Of a stretch of 64,000 nt of DNA, positions 1 to 12,499 are shown piece after piece (the first letter of the stretch is position 1; the number at the start of each line of letters is the position of its first letter). Both the position numbers and the translations under genes were made by a program. The stretch comes from Octopus sinensis (Eukaryota). The DNA lies in assembly GCF_006345805.1 (NCBI RefSeq), contig NC_043001.1, positions 48,794,001 to 48,858,000 on the forward strand. The letters run 5' to 3'. The notes under the pieces are model-generated. The model did no database searches. It was not told the DNA's origin and worked only from the letters and a program-made list of their open reading frames with translations.

Positions 1-44
1 CTCAAAGCGAAAGACAAATTGAATGATACTTACATTTAAACAGC

Positions 45-205
45 AAAGGTAGTGAGACACGGACCCTGAATGCAGATGACCTGTGAGGACCAGAAAGGAA
101 TGAAGCTAGTATATCCCACTGAATGTAGAATTTCAGTGTGCATATGTACATGACAAAGTACAGATCTGTTGAGAGAAAAATTTATGTGTAAGAGGAATTA
201 GTATA
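45..205 (+). mobile_element. RTE-clade LINE reverse transcriptase C-terminal remnant
   Basis: Manual translation SETRTLNADDL*GPERNEAS...NFSVHM matches the RTE SETW..EDLRRLERNEASMLRWMCNVSVH segment; contains stops. Confidence 0.65.
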
Positions 206-528
206 TTCATGTCTATACACTCACTGAGTCCTACCTTCAATCTGTCCCTGTCAAGCCTTCTCTGCTTTTAAACTTCCTAATGCTTATCCCTCCATCACTC
301 TTCTCGCTACAATACTATTTAGCTGCTGTAATCACATGAGTGCAGAATTACATATATTTCATCCTGTTTTGCACTATCAGTTACCCTCTTCCTGGAACCA
401 CTTCCTTTTAACATCCCATCCTCATTCTCAGTATCATCCCATCCCACTGTATTTTCTATTGATGACCCCTTCCTGTGTCATCAGATATTTTCTGCTTTAC
501 CTTGAACTACATCTTATGATTACTACAC

Positions 529-1760
529 TACATCTTTGACACCCTCTCACTGTCATCATTCTCATCACCCTGTCATGTCTGCAACAGCTTCTCATATCTG
601 CCCACCACATTTGTCAACCATTTACTATATCTACCACTGCATCTCTATTATTGTATGTCTCTCTCTTGTACAATACATGTGATTCCTCTTATACCCATTT
701 TTTTTATCAACTCCTTTGTGACTTGTTCGTTCACGAGGACTGACATTGCATCATTTATTTCTAGCCTTTGCAGTTCTTCTACATTTGGGATCCATCTCTC
801 AATACCATAAAGCACTGCAGTTAGTACAAAAGCATCATACAACCTGCCATTTACTCTGAAAGAGAAATTTTTTTGTTACCAACAGAGGTAATCTTGTCTC
901 CAACCTGTCCTTACTCTGGCTACTCTCAAGTTGGAACACCCACCTCCACTCCTAATTAGGCCACCTACATAACAGAAGCCACTGACAACTTCTTAGGAGC
1001 CTTCTAGACAACTAAGAAAGTCTATTTCACATGCACTTTTAGTATTTATTGTCCTTGTGTATCTGCTACAGCAAAGTTTGCTTTCACCATTAGCCTACCT
1101 GTGTCTGTAGTCCTCACTGAACACCATATGGAATTCCTACTTACTCTTTTTCTGCATTTCAGGGAATGCCATTTCCCTGATGATAGTAAGATCCTGCCTA
1201 TTTTGCCCATTTTCCTACTCTCTAATATTTTGGTTGTTGCTAAATTTACTTTGAAACCTCTTGTGCGCTTGTGTGGAGATTTTGTTGCCATGTCTGGAAA
1301 TTTTTCTATAATTCTACAGCATATTCAGTTATAAAAAGTAGGTTATTAACATCTAGAAGTTCCCACAGATAGCCTGTTTTAAACTCCTCTGCTTTGGCCA
1401 AGAAGATTTTGGAAATTGGAAGAGACTGAGAACTGAGCCTTGGTGGACCTCTAGCTGCATATGAAATCCATCACTGTACTCATTGCTAATTCTCACCTTG
1501 CCTCTGAACAGGTTGTCACCAGCTGTTCATCTTTCATCTACCCTTAGCTTCCTTGGTGACTGCTCAAGAAAGGGACTCTGCTGAAGGTTTTGCTCCAGGT
1601 TAACAAATGCTAACTACAGTGGTTCATCCTAGCTGTGTATGTCTTCAGCAATTGTCTCAATAGAATGATGGAATCAGTGGGATTTCCTGGTACAAAGCTG
1701 AATGTCACTCTCATCTACCTGAAGCATCTTTGGTTATTCTTAATGGATCAGAAATCTTCC
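529..1760 (-). mobile_element. Degenerate RTE-clade LINE RT domain
   Basis: Minus-strand pieces in RTE order: STDSIILLRQL, AFVNLEQ, EVHQGSVLS, WELLDVNNL (YADD region decayed), KVNLATTKIL..CRKRVSRNSIWC (ORF 1046-1291), FCYVG..GGCS, YDAFVLTAVLYG..KMGIRGITCIVQER (ORF 648-842). Confidence 0.85.
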
Positions 1761-1781
1761 CTGCCTTCATATATATTGCTT

Positions 1782-1845
1782 TATCTATCATATGTCTGTA
1801 AACTTGAATGACCTGTCATTCAAGTTTACAGAAATATGATAGATA
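1782..1845. repeat. Near-perfect 64-bp palindrome (31-bp arms, 2-nt loop)
   Basis: TATCTATCATATGTCTGTAAACTTGAATGAC-CT-GTCATTCAAGTTTACAGAAATATGATAGATA; one mismatch between arms. Confidence 0.95.
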
Positions 1846-2015
1846 TAGTGAAGATGCTGATGACCGCTCAGTTCAAAGTCTCTCTTGACCAGAAATGGCC
1901 TGAACTCTTTGCATGAACACCCTCCCTGTACATAACTCCATGTCCCCCTACATGGCCTTGCTTTTTGCTTTTTGAGCCAAAAAATTAACTTAACTTAACT
2001 TAACTTACCTTACAT

Positions 2016-2250
2016 TACATCTTTGACACCCACTCACTGTCATCATTCTCATCACCCTGTCATGTCTGCAACAGCTTCTCATATCTGCCCACCACATTTG
2101 TCAACCATTTACTATATCTACCACTGCATCTCTATTATTGTATGTCTCTCTCTTGTACAATACATGTGATTCCTCTTATACCCATTTTTTTTTATCAGCT
2201 CCTTTGTGACATGCTTGTTCATGGGGACCAACATTGCATCATCTATTTCT
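2016..2250 (-). repeat. Local duplicate of RTE segment 529-762, preceded by (TTAAC)n at 1985-2010
   Basis: Direct repeat of ~235 bp. The first ~180 bp differ by one substitution and one T-run length; the last ~50 bp are more diverged. Confidence 0.95.
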
Positions 2251-3002
2251 GTTGGAATCTTACTTGGCAGACCTTTCTCTCATGCATTCTCTACATTTAA
2301 CAACCCCTCATAATAGCACTTCAATGCCTAAAAAAGCCAAATATGCCACCTCTGATCCTCATGCCATAGAAAATTTGCAAACATCTTAATTCTGTGAGTC
2401 CTAGCAGTTAGGACTCACAGAATACCAAGTAAGAAAACTAAAATGCATGATGTTAGTAAACATCAAAAAGAAAATATACACAGAAATCTTAATTCCGCTT
2501 TCCTCTTTAGTAAGTTCATCTAGCTTTTTGATATAATTTTTTGTGCTGTCCCTTTTTCCTTTGCCTTTCTTATCTGTCTTTTGCTTTTATATCTTGGTCT
2601 TCTTCACTCTTCCACCCCAAATCATCTTCTCTCTGGCTGGGTTTTTCCACTAACCACGGTTTGGGACCAAAGACCCTCAGTAGGTTGTCCTGTAGAGTTT
2701 CCCAGTCATCTTCTATGTATCAGTTTGAATTTTATTCTCCCTTTGCATCAAATTCTTCTACTAGAATTTCTTTAAATTTTTTACTGTTTGATAGGCCTTT
2801 AAGCTTCCATATTTTCCTTGCCCAAACCAGTTTTTATACATAATAAATGTTTATGCTTTTATCCTTGGTAGGCACTGTTTGCCTAACATACCTAAACAGT
2901 ATGTCCCAGGGTTAAGCAACACCATCATGTTAAAATATAACATGCTCTACAAAATATCATATTTTGCATCTTGAATCCTTTGGTTACTAATTGCAATTAC
3001 AG

Positions 3003-3190
3003 GTAAGTTCACCACCATCAATTCACTGTGAAGTACACCGTGAGGAAAGTTCATTGCGAGGAGAGTTTACTGAGTAAATATATCCATAGTATCTCACTAT
3101 TAACAGTTAAAAGCTATTTTATCGGAAAAAAAAAATGTGAATTGATGACAGAGAACTTTCCCTGCAGTGAATTGATGGTGGTGAACTTAC
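3003..3190. mobile_element. MITE-like element with perfect 26-bp inverted repeats
   Basis: GTAAGTTCACCACCATCAATTCACTG (3003-3028) is the reverse complement of 3165-3190. Subterminal degenerate copies are present, and CAATTACAG occurs at both 2994-3002 and 3201-3209. Confidence 0.75.
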
Positions 3191-3685
3191 TGGACATGAC
3201 CAATTACAGCAACTAAAAAGCTATACAGCTTTTGTTTCATGCTTTGCCATTTCTGCTTGACATACAAGGCCACACTATACATTTTGAAGGAGAAGCATTG
3301 TACTTCTCTTCAGCATGCTTGAAATATTGCACTTCTATTTCATGGAAAAATAATTCAACATTGTGAATTTTTTTTTTATATCTCCTGACAGATTATCATT
3401 AGTTTTCTAGGATTTTACCATTTAACCTGGTGGGAGAATATGGTTTATTAAACTGATTCCAATACTTATCTAAGGGCATCTTCCAAAACATTTAGATTTT
3501 TTTCATTAAAAGACTTCATTTCATTTCACTGAGACCCTAACAGACCACAAAAATACAATACTAATATATAACATATTCATCAGAATATCATATCATTTTC
3601 TTTTATACATTCTACTGTGTATATTTTTTTAGCTAAGCTGAATCCAGATAATGTGTGGGAACTTCTAGTAAATGAAATAGTCAGC

Positions 3686-3744
3686 AACTGAATTACATTT
3701 CATCATCATCATTAATAATAATAACAAGAACCACAACAACAACA

Positions 3745-3782
<38 letters not shown>

Positions 3783-3804
3783 GGTGACAAGCTGGCAGAA
3801 TCGT

Positions 3805-3840
<36 letters not shown>

Positions 3841-3918
3841 TGAATTACATTTCATCATCATCATTAATAATAATAATTATAACAAGAACAACAACAACAA
3901 CAACTATTATTATTATTA

Positions 3919-3954
<36 letters not shown>

Positions 3955-4005
3955 GGTGACGAGCTGGCAGAATCATTATAATAATGATAATAATAATAAT
4001 AATAA
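3686..4005. repeat. Tandem duplication of a ~152-168 bp microsatellite/SINE-stub unit
   Basis: Units start at 3686 and 3838 (AACTGAATTACATTTCATCATC...). Each contains (TTA)n, the SINE-A head stub AAGGTGAC(A/G)AGCTGGCAGAATC and (AAT)n. Confidence 0.9.
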
Positions 4006-4508
4006 ATGCCCTGATGCAGTACCAGGCAGTGGCTCTCATGGCTTCTGATCTTAACTGATTGGAAGTGTCATCATGTACATTGTTTTGTCTTGGTATAAAA
4101 GATGGGCTACAGCAAATATTCAGATTTGCTTGTCAGTTGTTTGACCTTAACCAGTTGAGCATGTCCCTTAGTGGCTGACGATATGTGCATCTCTGATCAC
4201 GAGCAGAAGTAGTGGGGGAGCATCATAGCCATGTGTTGAGAGGGATTCTTTGGGGTTTGAATAATTCACCACTGGAAACGTGGGTGGTTCTTTCAACATC
4301 CTTAAACAACCCTTATTCAGGAACCTTTTGAGCAGGATGGGCTACTCGACCGGAAGAAAATTCTAACTGGGCCCCACCTGCAAGATCATGTGCTGTTTAC
4401 CTTGATATGAGATCACCATGTCATGCACATATGGTTGTGATGCATGTGCCTAGTGTACCTTTATCAGACGGGTAGTCATGATGGGTATATTGGGCTTCAT
4501 ATATTTTA
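4006..4508 (+). mobile_element. Unclassified ~550-bp interspersed repeat (family M), 3' end missing
   Basis: Starts ATGCCCTGATGCAGTACCAGGCAGTGG after (AAT)n; same sequence recurs at 6381, 6988, 13112, 19440, 51278, 51873, 56262. Confidence 0.9.
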
Positions 4509-4589
4509 TGAAGATGGATGAAATGCCTGACATGTTAACGATTCTACCAGCTTGCCACCTTAAACCTAATGGTGAAATGATGAGGGCAG

Positions 4590-5760
4590 TTGAACCTGAA
4601 TCCAGTTATAAGTACCTGGGAATACTTAAGGGCCAATAGCATTAAGCATAATAATAAGAAAGAAAAGACAATGAAAGAGTATCTGCAGTGATACTCATGG
4701 CTGGAAGCCAGAAACCTAATTTTGGCAATTAACTCATGCACAATCATAGAGGTTTGGTATGGCACTGGAATTATGAAAGGCAGAGGATGAACTAAAGGAG
4801 TTGGACAGGAAGGCAAGAAAGCCCCTAACAAGGCATTGAGGTCATCATCCACTTGTGGACACTAATCACTGATAGATGAAGAGAGCAAGTAGTGGAAAGG
4901 GACTGATAGGTGTGGAAGGCTGAGTGCATATTGAACTTGGGAACCTGCTGTGGTACCTATCCCAAAGTGATGAAACTTTGCTAGGGGCAGTTAGAGATGA
5001 AGGCAGATTGAAATCAGGAAAAAAGAAAAAAACAAAACAAGAAGGGCATGAAGAAGCACTACGTAACAAGGGATACACAATCAATTCCATGTAGCCATGA
5101 CTGATGTTGCTGGAAAAAAATACGATTGGTTGAAGAAGGAAACACTGAAAAAAGAGATTGAGATCACAATACTAGCAGCACGAGACCAAACTTTGGCTAC
5201 ATATTGGAGGGTTAACCCTAGAAATGAGCAAGTGTTTCCACTGTGCCAAATCTGTAGTAGGGTTGATGAAACTTTTACCCTTTTTGCGAACGAATGCCTT
5301 AAATTTCACCAAAACCAATATAATTTGTGGTGACATGCTGAGGTAGCAGAAGTGTTGCATTGGAAACTTTGTAAAGAGTGAAGGTTAGAGAGAGGCAAGA
5401 CAGGTTATGAGCACAAACCACAGAGGGTGGTGGAGTCAGAGACCTGCAAAGTTCTGTGGAATTTCCCCATCCAAATAGACCAGGTGCTAGAGCACAACAA
5501 GCTGGGCCTAGTGGTGGTGGACAAGGTGAAGCACATGTGCTCTTGAATTGATATTCTGTGTCCTTTTGATACATGAATAGTCAAGAAGGAAAATGAAGAA
5601 GCAGACATATACAAACCTCTTAAATATAAGATAGCTCAACTGTGGAAAATGAAGAAAGTGAAGGTAGTGCCAATTATTGTTGGGCCTTGGGAACAGTATC
5701 AGAAGATATCAAGAGGAATATAAAGGAAATGACTACAGAGTGGCCAGAATAATCAGGAAA
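4590..5760 (+). mobile_element. R4/Dong-clade (RLE) LINE 3' fragment, degenerate
   Basis: SYKYLGIL, KGGRGLIGVE-like segment, TILAARDQTL..CQICSRVDET (CCHC knuckle), LWNFPIQIDQ..VVVDK..IDILCPFD, KVVPIIVG (RLE); many stops and frameshifts. Confidence 0.85.
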
Positions 5761-5863
5761 GTATTAGATTGTTGAAAAGAACAGATAACATGTTGCAAGC
5801 CCACTATGCATGCAAAACTCCAGGAGTTCTTACAAAACCTGAATTACAATAATGATGATGCTT

Positions 5864-6054
5864 TCAAATTTTGGCACAAGGCCAATAATTTTGGAGGAGG
5901 GGATAAGTACTTAGCTGGTACTTATTTTATCAATCCTGAAAGGATAAACAGCAATTTCATCCTTGACGGAATTTGAACTCAGAATGTAAAGACAGATGAA
6001 ATGCCACTAAGCATTTTGCCTGGTATGCTAATGATGCTACCAGTTCACCACCTT
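5864..6054 (-). mobile_element. tRNA-derived SINE family A (tail-2 variant), CpG-decayed
   Basis: Reverse complement of AAGGYGGYGAGCTGGCAGAA...GAGTTCAAATTCC (A/B-box-like)...CCTTGTGCCAAAATTTGAAA. Similar decayed copies lie at about 7505-7708, 7742-7948, 8278-8445 (-), 12905-13090 (+), 20955-21290 (+), 37335-37535, 37870-37995, 55190-55360 (-) and 59660-59810 (+). Confidence 0.85.
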
Positions 6055-6081
6055 AAATAATAATAATATTAATAATAATAA

Positions 6082-6112
<31 letters not shown>

Positions 6113-6139
6113 AATAATAATCATCATCATCATCATCAT

Positions 6140-6358
6140 CATCGTTTAACGTCCATTCTCCATGCTAGCATGGGTTGGACGGTTCGACCGGGGTTCTGGG
6201 AAGCCAGAAGGCTGCACCAGGCTCCAGTCTAATCTGGCAATGTTTCTACAGCTGGATGCCCTTCCTAACGCCAACCACTCCGTGAGTGTAGTGGGTGCTT
6301 TTTACGTGCCACCTGCACAGGTGCCAGGCGAGGCTGGCAACGGCCACGGTCAGATTGG
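6140..6358 (-). mobile_element. 5'-truncated RTE LINE 3' UTR stub with (GAT)n tail
   Basis: CATCATCGTTTAACGTCC..CATGCTAGCATGGGTTGGACGG..GGATGCCCTTCCTAACGCCAACC; the same sequence lies directly downstream of RTE coding sequence at 13785-14272. Confidence 0.8.
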
Positions 6359-6380
6359 TAATAATAATAATAATAATAAT

Positions 6381-6936
6381 ATGCCCTGATGCAGTACCAG
6401 GCACTGGCTCCCATGGCTTCTGATCTTAAGTGACTGGAAGTATTATCATGTACATTGTTTTGTCATGGTATAAAAGATGGGCTACAGCAAATATTCTACT
6501 CAATACCATAGATTTGCTTGCAGGTGCTTGACCTTAACCAGTTGAGCATGTCCCTTAGTGGCTGACGATATGTGAATCTCTCATCACAAGCAGAAGTAGT
6601 AGGGGAGCATCATAGCTATTTGTTGAGAGGAATTCTTTGGGGTTGGGATAATTCACCATTGGAAACACAGGTGCTTTGTTCATCATCCTTAAACAACCCT
6701 TATTCAGGAACCTTTTGAGTGGGATAAGCTACTTGACCTGAAGAAAATTCTAACTGGGCCCCCACCTGCAAGATCATGTGCTGTTTATCTTGATATGAGA
6801 TCACTATGTTGCACACATATGATTGTAATGCATGTGGCTGGTGTACCCTTATCAGATGGGTAATCATGATGGGTATACTGGGCTTCGTATATTTTATCCC
6901 AGTGTCACTTTGATGGCATGCACTGTTCTATCACTC
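6381..6936 (+). mobile_element. Family M repeat, full length
   Basis: ATGCCCTGATGCAGTACC...CACTGTTCTATCACTC, flanked by (AAT)n/(AAC)n on both sides. Confidence 0.9.
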
Positions 6937-6946
6937 AACAACAACA

Positions 6947-6987
<41 letters not shown>

Positions 6988-6992
<5 letters not shown>

Positions 6993-7452
6993 GATGGGCT
7001 ACAGCAAATATTCTGCTCAATACCACAGATTTGCTTGTCAGTTGTTTGACCTTAACCAGTTGAGCATGTCCCTTAGTGGCTGACGATATGTGCATCTCTG
7101 ATCACGAGCAGAAGTAGTGGGGGAGCATCATAGCCATGTGTTGAGAGGGATTCTTTGGGGTTTGAATAATTCACCTCTGGAAACATGGGTGGCTCTTTCA
7201 ACATCCTTAAACAACCCTTATTCAGGGACCTTTTGAGCGGGTGGGCTACTCAACCTGAAGAAAATTCTAACTGGGCCCCACCTGCAAGGTCATGTGCTGT
7301 TTATCTTGATATGATATCACCATGTCGCGCACATATGGTTGTGATGCATGTGCCTGGTGTACCTTTATCAGACGGGTAGTCATGATGGGTATATTGGGCT
7401 TCGTATATTTTACCCCAGTGTCACTTTGATGGCATGCACTGCTCTCTCACTC
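6988..7452 (+). mobile_element. Family M repeat, 5'-truncated
   Basis: Begins at AAAAGATGGGCTAC inside (AAT)n and ends CTCTCTCACTC(AAT)n. Confidence 0.9.
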
Positions 7453-7484
<32 letters not shown>

Positions 7485-7945
7485 TAATAATAATAATAAT
7501 AAAAGTTTCAAATTTTAGCATAAGGGCATTAATTTTAAGGGCAGGGGTAAGTCAATTGTATGGACCCTAGTACTTAACTGGCACTTATTTTATCAACTCT
7601 AAAGGATGAAAGGCAATGTTAGCCTCAATGAAATTTGAACTCAGACATAAACCCAGAAGAAATACTGTTAAGTATTTTGTTAAATTTGCTAATGGTTCTA
7701 CCAGCTCAGTGTCTTCATAATATTGATAACAATAATAATGATGGTTTCAAATTTTGGCACAAGACCAGCAGTTTTGGGGAAAGAGGAAAGTCGATTACAT
7801 CAACTCCAGTGTTCAATTGGTACTTATTTATTGACCCCACAAAAATAAAAGGCAAAGTCAACCTTGATGGAATTTGAACTCAGAATATAAAAACAAACAA
7901 AATGCTGCTAAGCATTTTGCCTGGCATGCTAACAATTCTGTCAGC

Positions 7946-7996
<51 letters not shown>

Positions 7997-8489
7997 CGTA
8001 TTAACTGGAATGGCTCATGTACTGAGAAGAGCACTATTGCTGTGAAAATAACATCTATCCATGAATTTATTTATTTATTAATTTTTAAATACATATTTTA
8101 TCTGTGAATTTGCGTGTGTAATCTGGGAATGCATGCAATGCCCTTCTCTGCCCTAGATGTATTGAAAACACTTGGCGAGAAACGGAAGAAAATTTGAAGA
8201 AAGAAGGAAAAAACATAATAATAATAATAATAATAATGATAATAATAATATCAATAATAATAATTCTATATATTATAGGCACTAAGCATGGAATTCTTGG
8301 GGATGGAGCTAGTGGATTACATTGACCTCAGTACTCAACTGGTACTTGATTTATCGACTCTGAAAGAATGAAAAGCAAAGTTAACCTCAGCAGAATTTGA
8401 ACTCTAAGCATACAGACTGATAACATGCCACTAAGTATTTTGTAATAATAACAACAACAACAACAATAATAATGATGTTGATGATGATG

Positions 8490-11400
8490 ATGGCACACAG
8501 CCTTGGAGAAGGGCCACTCTGAATTCAAGACCAGAGAAGCAAGGCCCCTGTTGCCTGGGTGGACTACCTTGATAGAGATGGTATCTCGATAAAAATACCT
8601 GTCAGTAGTAACCTAAAAATACACTTCATTTGTGAGTGAAAATACTAAGCAAAAAATTGATGATAATGGTGTGAACATGACTGAAACCAATGGTGAAGGT
8701 GCCACACCCAGCAGGTGTCCCACTGTGCAGCAGGGTGGACCCAGTCATAATCCAGCCACTGCTAGCCATGCTACAAGACATAAGTAGGGTAAACAACTAA
8801 ATGTGGAGTGTTACCACTGGAACATCTCAGCAGATGCAAATGGCGTGCCTGTCAGAGGGTACAGAAAACAAATGCACAGTGCAGAGATTATGTGACCAAG
8901 CAAGAACAACACAAAAGAATGGATGGCTTACAGAATTGGAGCTAGAAGCTATTAAAAGAAGGATATTGGGTAATGCTGGACATCCAAGAAACAAAAGTGG
9001 TATAGTGGAAGAGATGGACAATTGTTCGCAAGAATATACTACCATGAACTGTGAAAGAATTGAGATCAGTGACTACCCAAACAATGAAGACCGATTAATA
9101 ATAGACAGGATTTGGGATCTATTAAATACAGAAGGGGCAGAATTTATGTGCTAACCAATGGAGACTAAATCAAGAGATGAGTACATTTAATAATGTATTG
9201 AGACACATTGAAACAAAGGACATCACACACACAAATAATCTTATCAAGGCTGCTGGTAGGATTGTGGCAGAAAGGATGGGATTGAGGACTACTGAGAACA
9301 GGACAGTGATGGATAGAGAAGGAAATAAACAACTGTGGTGGAAATGGGGAATTTCAGAAGATATAAACTCCTTGAATAGTGTAGTGTCAATACTTGTCAG
9401 GAAAAAAATGGTGAACTTAAGAATGTGTGTAAATTTAAAAAATGTAGGAAGAAATATGGTGTAGGTACAAAAGGGCTGAATGTTGTAATATAAGAACTGA
9501 AGCAGTGCATACATACAAAAAAGCAAAGCTAACTAGGTTTGAACAATGTATTAAGCAAGGCTGGCAAAACAAATTGTTTAGAACTGACCAAAAAAGATTT
9601 TATCAAGAGTTTAATGATTATAAAAAATGTGAAAGATTAGTCCCTGATGCTGATGAAAGTTGACTTTTCTAGGATAAGATATGGAGTAAGCAAGAACAAC
9701 ATAATACTACTGCGAAGTAAACAGCTTCTTATTCCCAGCAAGGGGCTATCTACTTCACTGAAGACAGTATCAGAAATATGAGTAAAAAGATAAGCAATTG
9801 GAAAGCAGCAGAACCTGGTGGTGTACATGGATTTGGGATTAAAAAAAATGTCCAGTAGTTGCCATAGATCGCAGTGCAATTTAATGCATTGATTAATGGA
9901 GAAAAAGAAATCTTGGGCTGGTTGACAAAAGGATGAATGATGTTGTGTCTGAAGGATGCACCAAAAGGAAATGCTGCTGACAATTACAGACCAATTTCTT
10001 GCTCCTGTTAATATGGAAGTTAGTATCAGAAGGAATTGCAGAAGAAATGTACAAATTTCTTGATGAGAATGATATATTACTGATGGAACAAAAGGCTGTA
10101 GAACAGGGGTGGGGAAAACTCTGCCCACAGGCACAATTGCACCCACAAGCCCATTTTATTGTGCCTGCATGCTGATATACTTGTATGTACAAAATACCAT
10201 AAATATTTGTATGTCTATTAGCGACACAGATCATGTTTCCACTATGATTTAAAATGGTCAGACTCAAACAGAAATCGTTTGGCAATTGCCATTTGAATGG
10301 AAATTTTGTTATCACCATAAAACACATATTGTTATGTTTGTATCACCCCTTTAAGACCCAACTACACTCCAGCTGAAAAATATAGAGAACATCATGGGTA
10401 ATATAAACATCCTAAATTCAGTGGTAGCATTAATGAAGATGTTACATGTTAATTTAATGTATTAAATTTATCTTTATTAATGTATATCGAATTATACATA
10501 GATATTTACAAGATTTACACAGACATAAGAGTTAAAACTTGTGACCTGCCTGCAGACCTTTCTCTCTGGAAATTTTTGCCTGCTGCACTAAAAAGTTTCC
10601 CCATCCCTGCTGTAGAAGGAGATGCAGAAGAACCAAAGATCAATTACTGATAGACAAAATGGTTTTGCAAAGAACACATTTGGGAACGTCTTGGATTGAC
10701 TGTTGCAAAGCTTATGATATGATTCCACATGCATGGATCATTGAGTGCCTAGATCTGTTTGGAATTGTGAGGAATGTAACGTATGGAATAATGGAGAGAA
10801 GTATGGTGGGGTGGGAAATTGACCTGACATCTTATGGAAAAAGCTTGGGCACCCTGGGTATCAGAAGAAGGATTTTCTAAGGTGATAGCTTATCTCTATT
10901 GCTTTTTGTTCTCTGTATGATATCCCTGACCTTGGTACTTAGGAAAATGAACCTGGGGTACCAACTAAAGGGAAAATCCCAAACAATCAACCACCTCCTC
11001 TTCATGGATGATTTGAAACTGCATGGCAAGGATGAAGCTCAAGTGAGTTCCTTTGTGAACACAGTCCACTGTTTTAGTACTGATATTGGAATGGAATTTG
11101 GACTAAAGAAGTGTGGAATGATCTACCTAAAAAGAGGCAAGGTACAGTCCATAGCAGAGATAGAATTACCAAATAGAGACTTGATTAAACAAATTGAAAC
11201 AGAAGGCTACAAATACCTTGGTGTACTAGATTCCAGTGAGATAATGGAGAAGAAAAGGAAAGAGCAACTGATGACAGAGTATTTCTGAAGATAAAGGTTG
11301 GTGTTGCACTCAAAATTGACTGGATGGAATAAAATCCAAGCAGTTAATACATGGGTGATAGTATCACTTCAGTATGGAGTGGGAATTATAAAATGGCAAG

Positions 11401-12480
11401 AAAGAGAAATGGTGAAAATGGATACCAAGACTAGAAAAATGTTGACACTATGTGGAGCCTTCTGCCTTAAGAGTAACACTGATAGAATGTACTTGTCCAG
11501 AAGAAAGGATGGGAGAGGTTTGATCTGTTACCAGGACTGTATCAAAGCAGAGGAAAACAGCTTAGGGTGGTATGTAAAAAATGCTGTGGAGCCATTGTTG
11601 AAACATATGAAGAAGGCAAGTGTCATCAAAACTGAAAATTGGGTAATGAAAGAAAAATTTAAACAAGAAATGAACACAGAAAAGAAAAAGTATGGAAGGC
11701 AAAACAAATGTACAGTCAGTTTGCAAGAGATGTGAACATGAAGATAGATACAGAGGGCCAGTGGCTATGGATGAGGAGGAGTGACCTGAAGATAGAGACA
11801 GAAATACTCATATGCACAGCTCAAGAACAAGTGTTAGGGACCAACTATTTGAAGTGCAGAATAGACAACACTACCGACAGCAACAAATGCAGAATGTGTG
11901 ATGTGAGGGGTGAAATGGTATGGCACATCATTAGCAAGTGCTCGAAATTGGCACAATGTGAATATAAAGGATACTATAACAATGTGGAAAGAATGATCCT
12001 TTGGGAGTTCTGTGGAAATCATAACCTACAAAAAGCAAAGATTTGGTATGAGCAAACTCCAGAAGAAGTCACCAAGAATGAGAATTACAAAATCCTGTGG
12101 TGAATAAAAAAGAAAGAACATGCATGATAATCAACATAGCTTGTCCTGGTGGCAACAGGATCAATGTGAAAGAAGAAGAAAAAATAAACAACTATGATGA
12201 TTTGAAATGGGAAATACGAGTGTTGTGGTCAATGAGGAGAGGAGATGTGATACCAATAGTAATTGGTGCACTTGGAAGTATCAGCACTCAGCTACCAACA
12301 TGGCTAAAAAAGATTGGTGCAAGTGTGAAGGTAAAAACCTACAAAACTCAGTATTGCTTGGAACTGCAAGAATTCTTTGCAGGTTCTGGAAGCATGACCA
12401 GTAAACAAATGTCACCTTAGTCTACTGGCTGTGAACAGCTGACACTTTCCATCATACTCAGCAAAATAAGCTGTGAGTTT
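8490..12480 (+). mobile_element. Near full-length degenerate R4/Dong-clade non-LTR retrotransposon (RT + CCHC + RLE)
   Basis: QRLCDQAR..KNGWLTELELE (8801-9154), NYRPISC, TKDQLLIDK, WIDCCKAYDMIPH, QGDSLS, HLLFMDDLKL, YKYLG, YLSRRKDGRGL, CRMC..HIISKC, VIPIVIGALG. Broken by stops and frameshifts; 5' flank is a mixed AAT/AAC/GAT microsatellite. Confidence 0.92.
10104..10609. mobile_element. hAT (Charlie-like) non-autonomous DNA transposon inserted in the R4 RT
   Basis: TIRs CAGGGGTGGGGAAAACT / AGTTTCCCCATCCCTG; perfect 8-bp TSD CTGTAGAA at 10096-10103 and 10610-10617; removal restores the EQKGCR..TKDQLLID motif. Confidence 0.92.
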
Positions 12481-12499
12481 TCATCACATCAACAAAATT

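Noticed and set aside
4006-4070. Weak gapped resemblance of the reverse complement of the family M 5' end to the internal part of 5S rRNA, and a GCAGTACC match to U2 snRNA
   Set aside because: Roughly 55-60% identity with gaps, wrong orientation for a promoter, and too short to distinguish from chance without a search.
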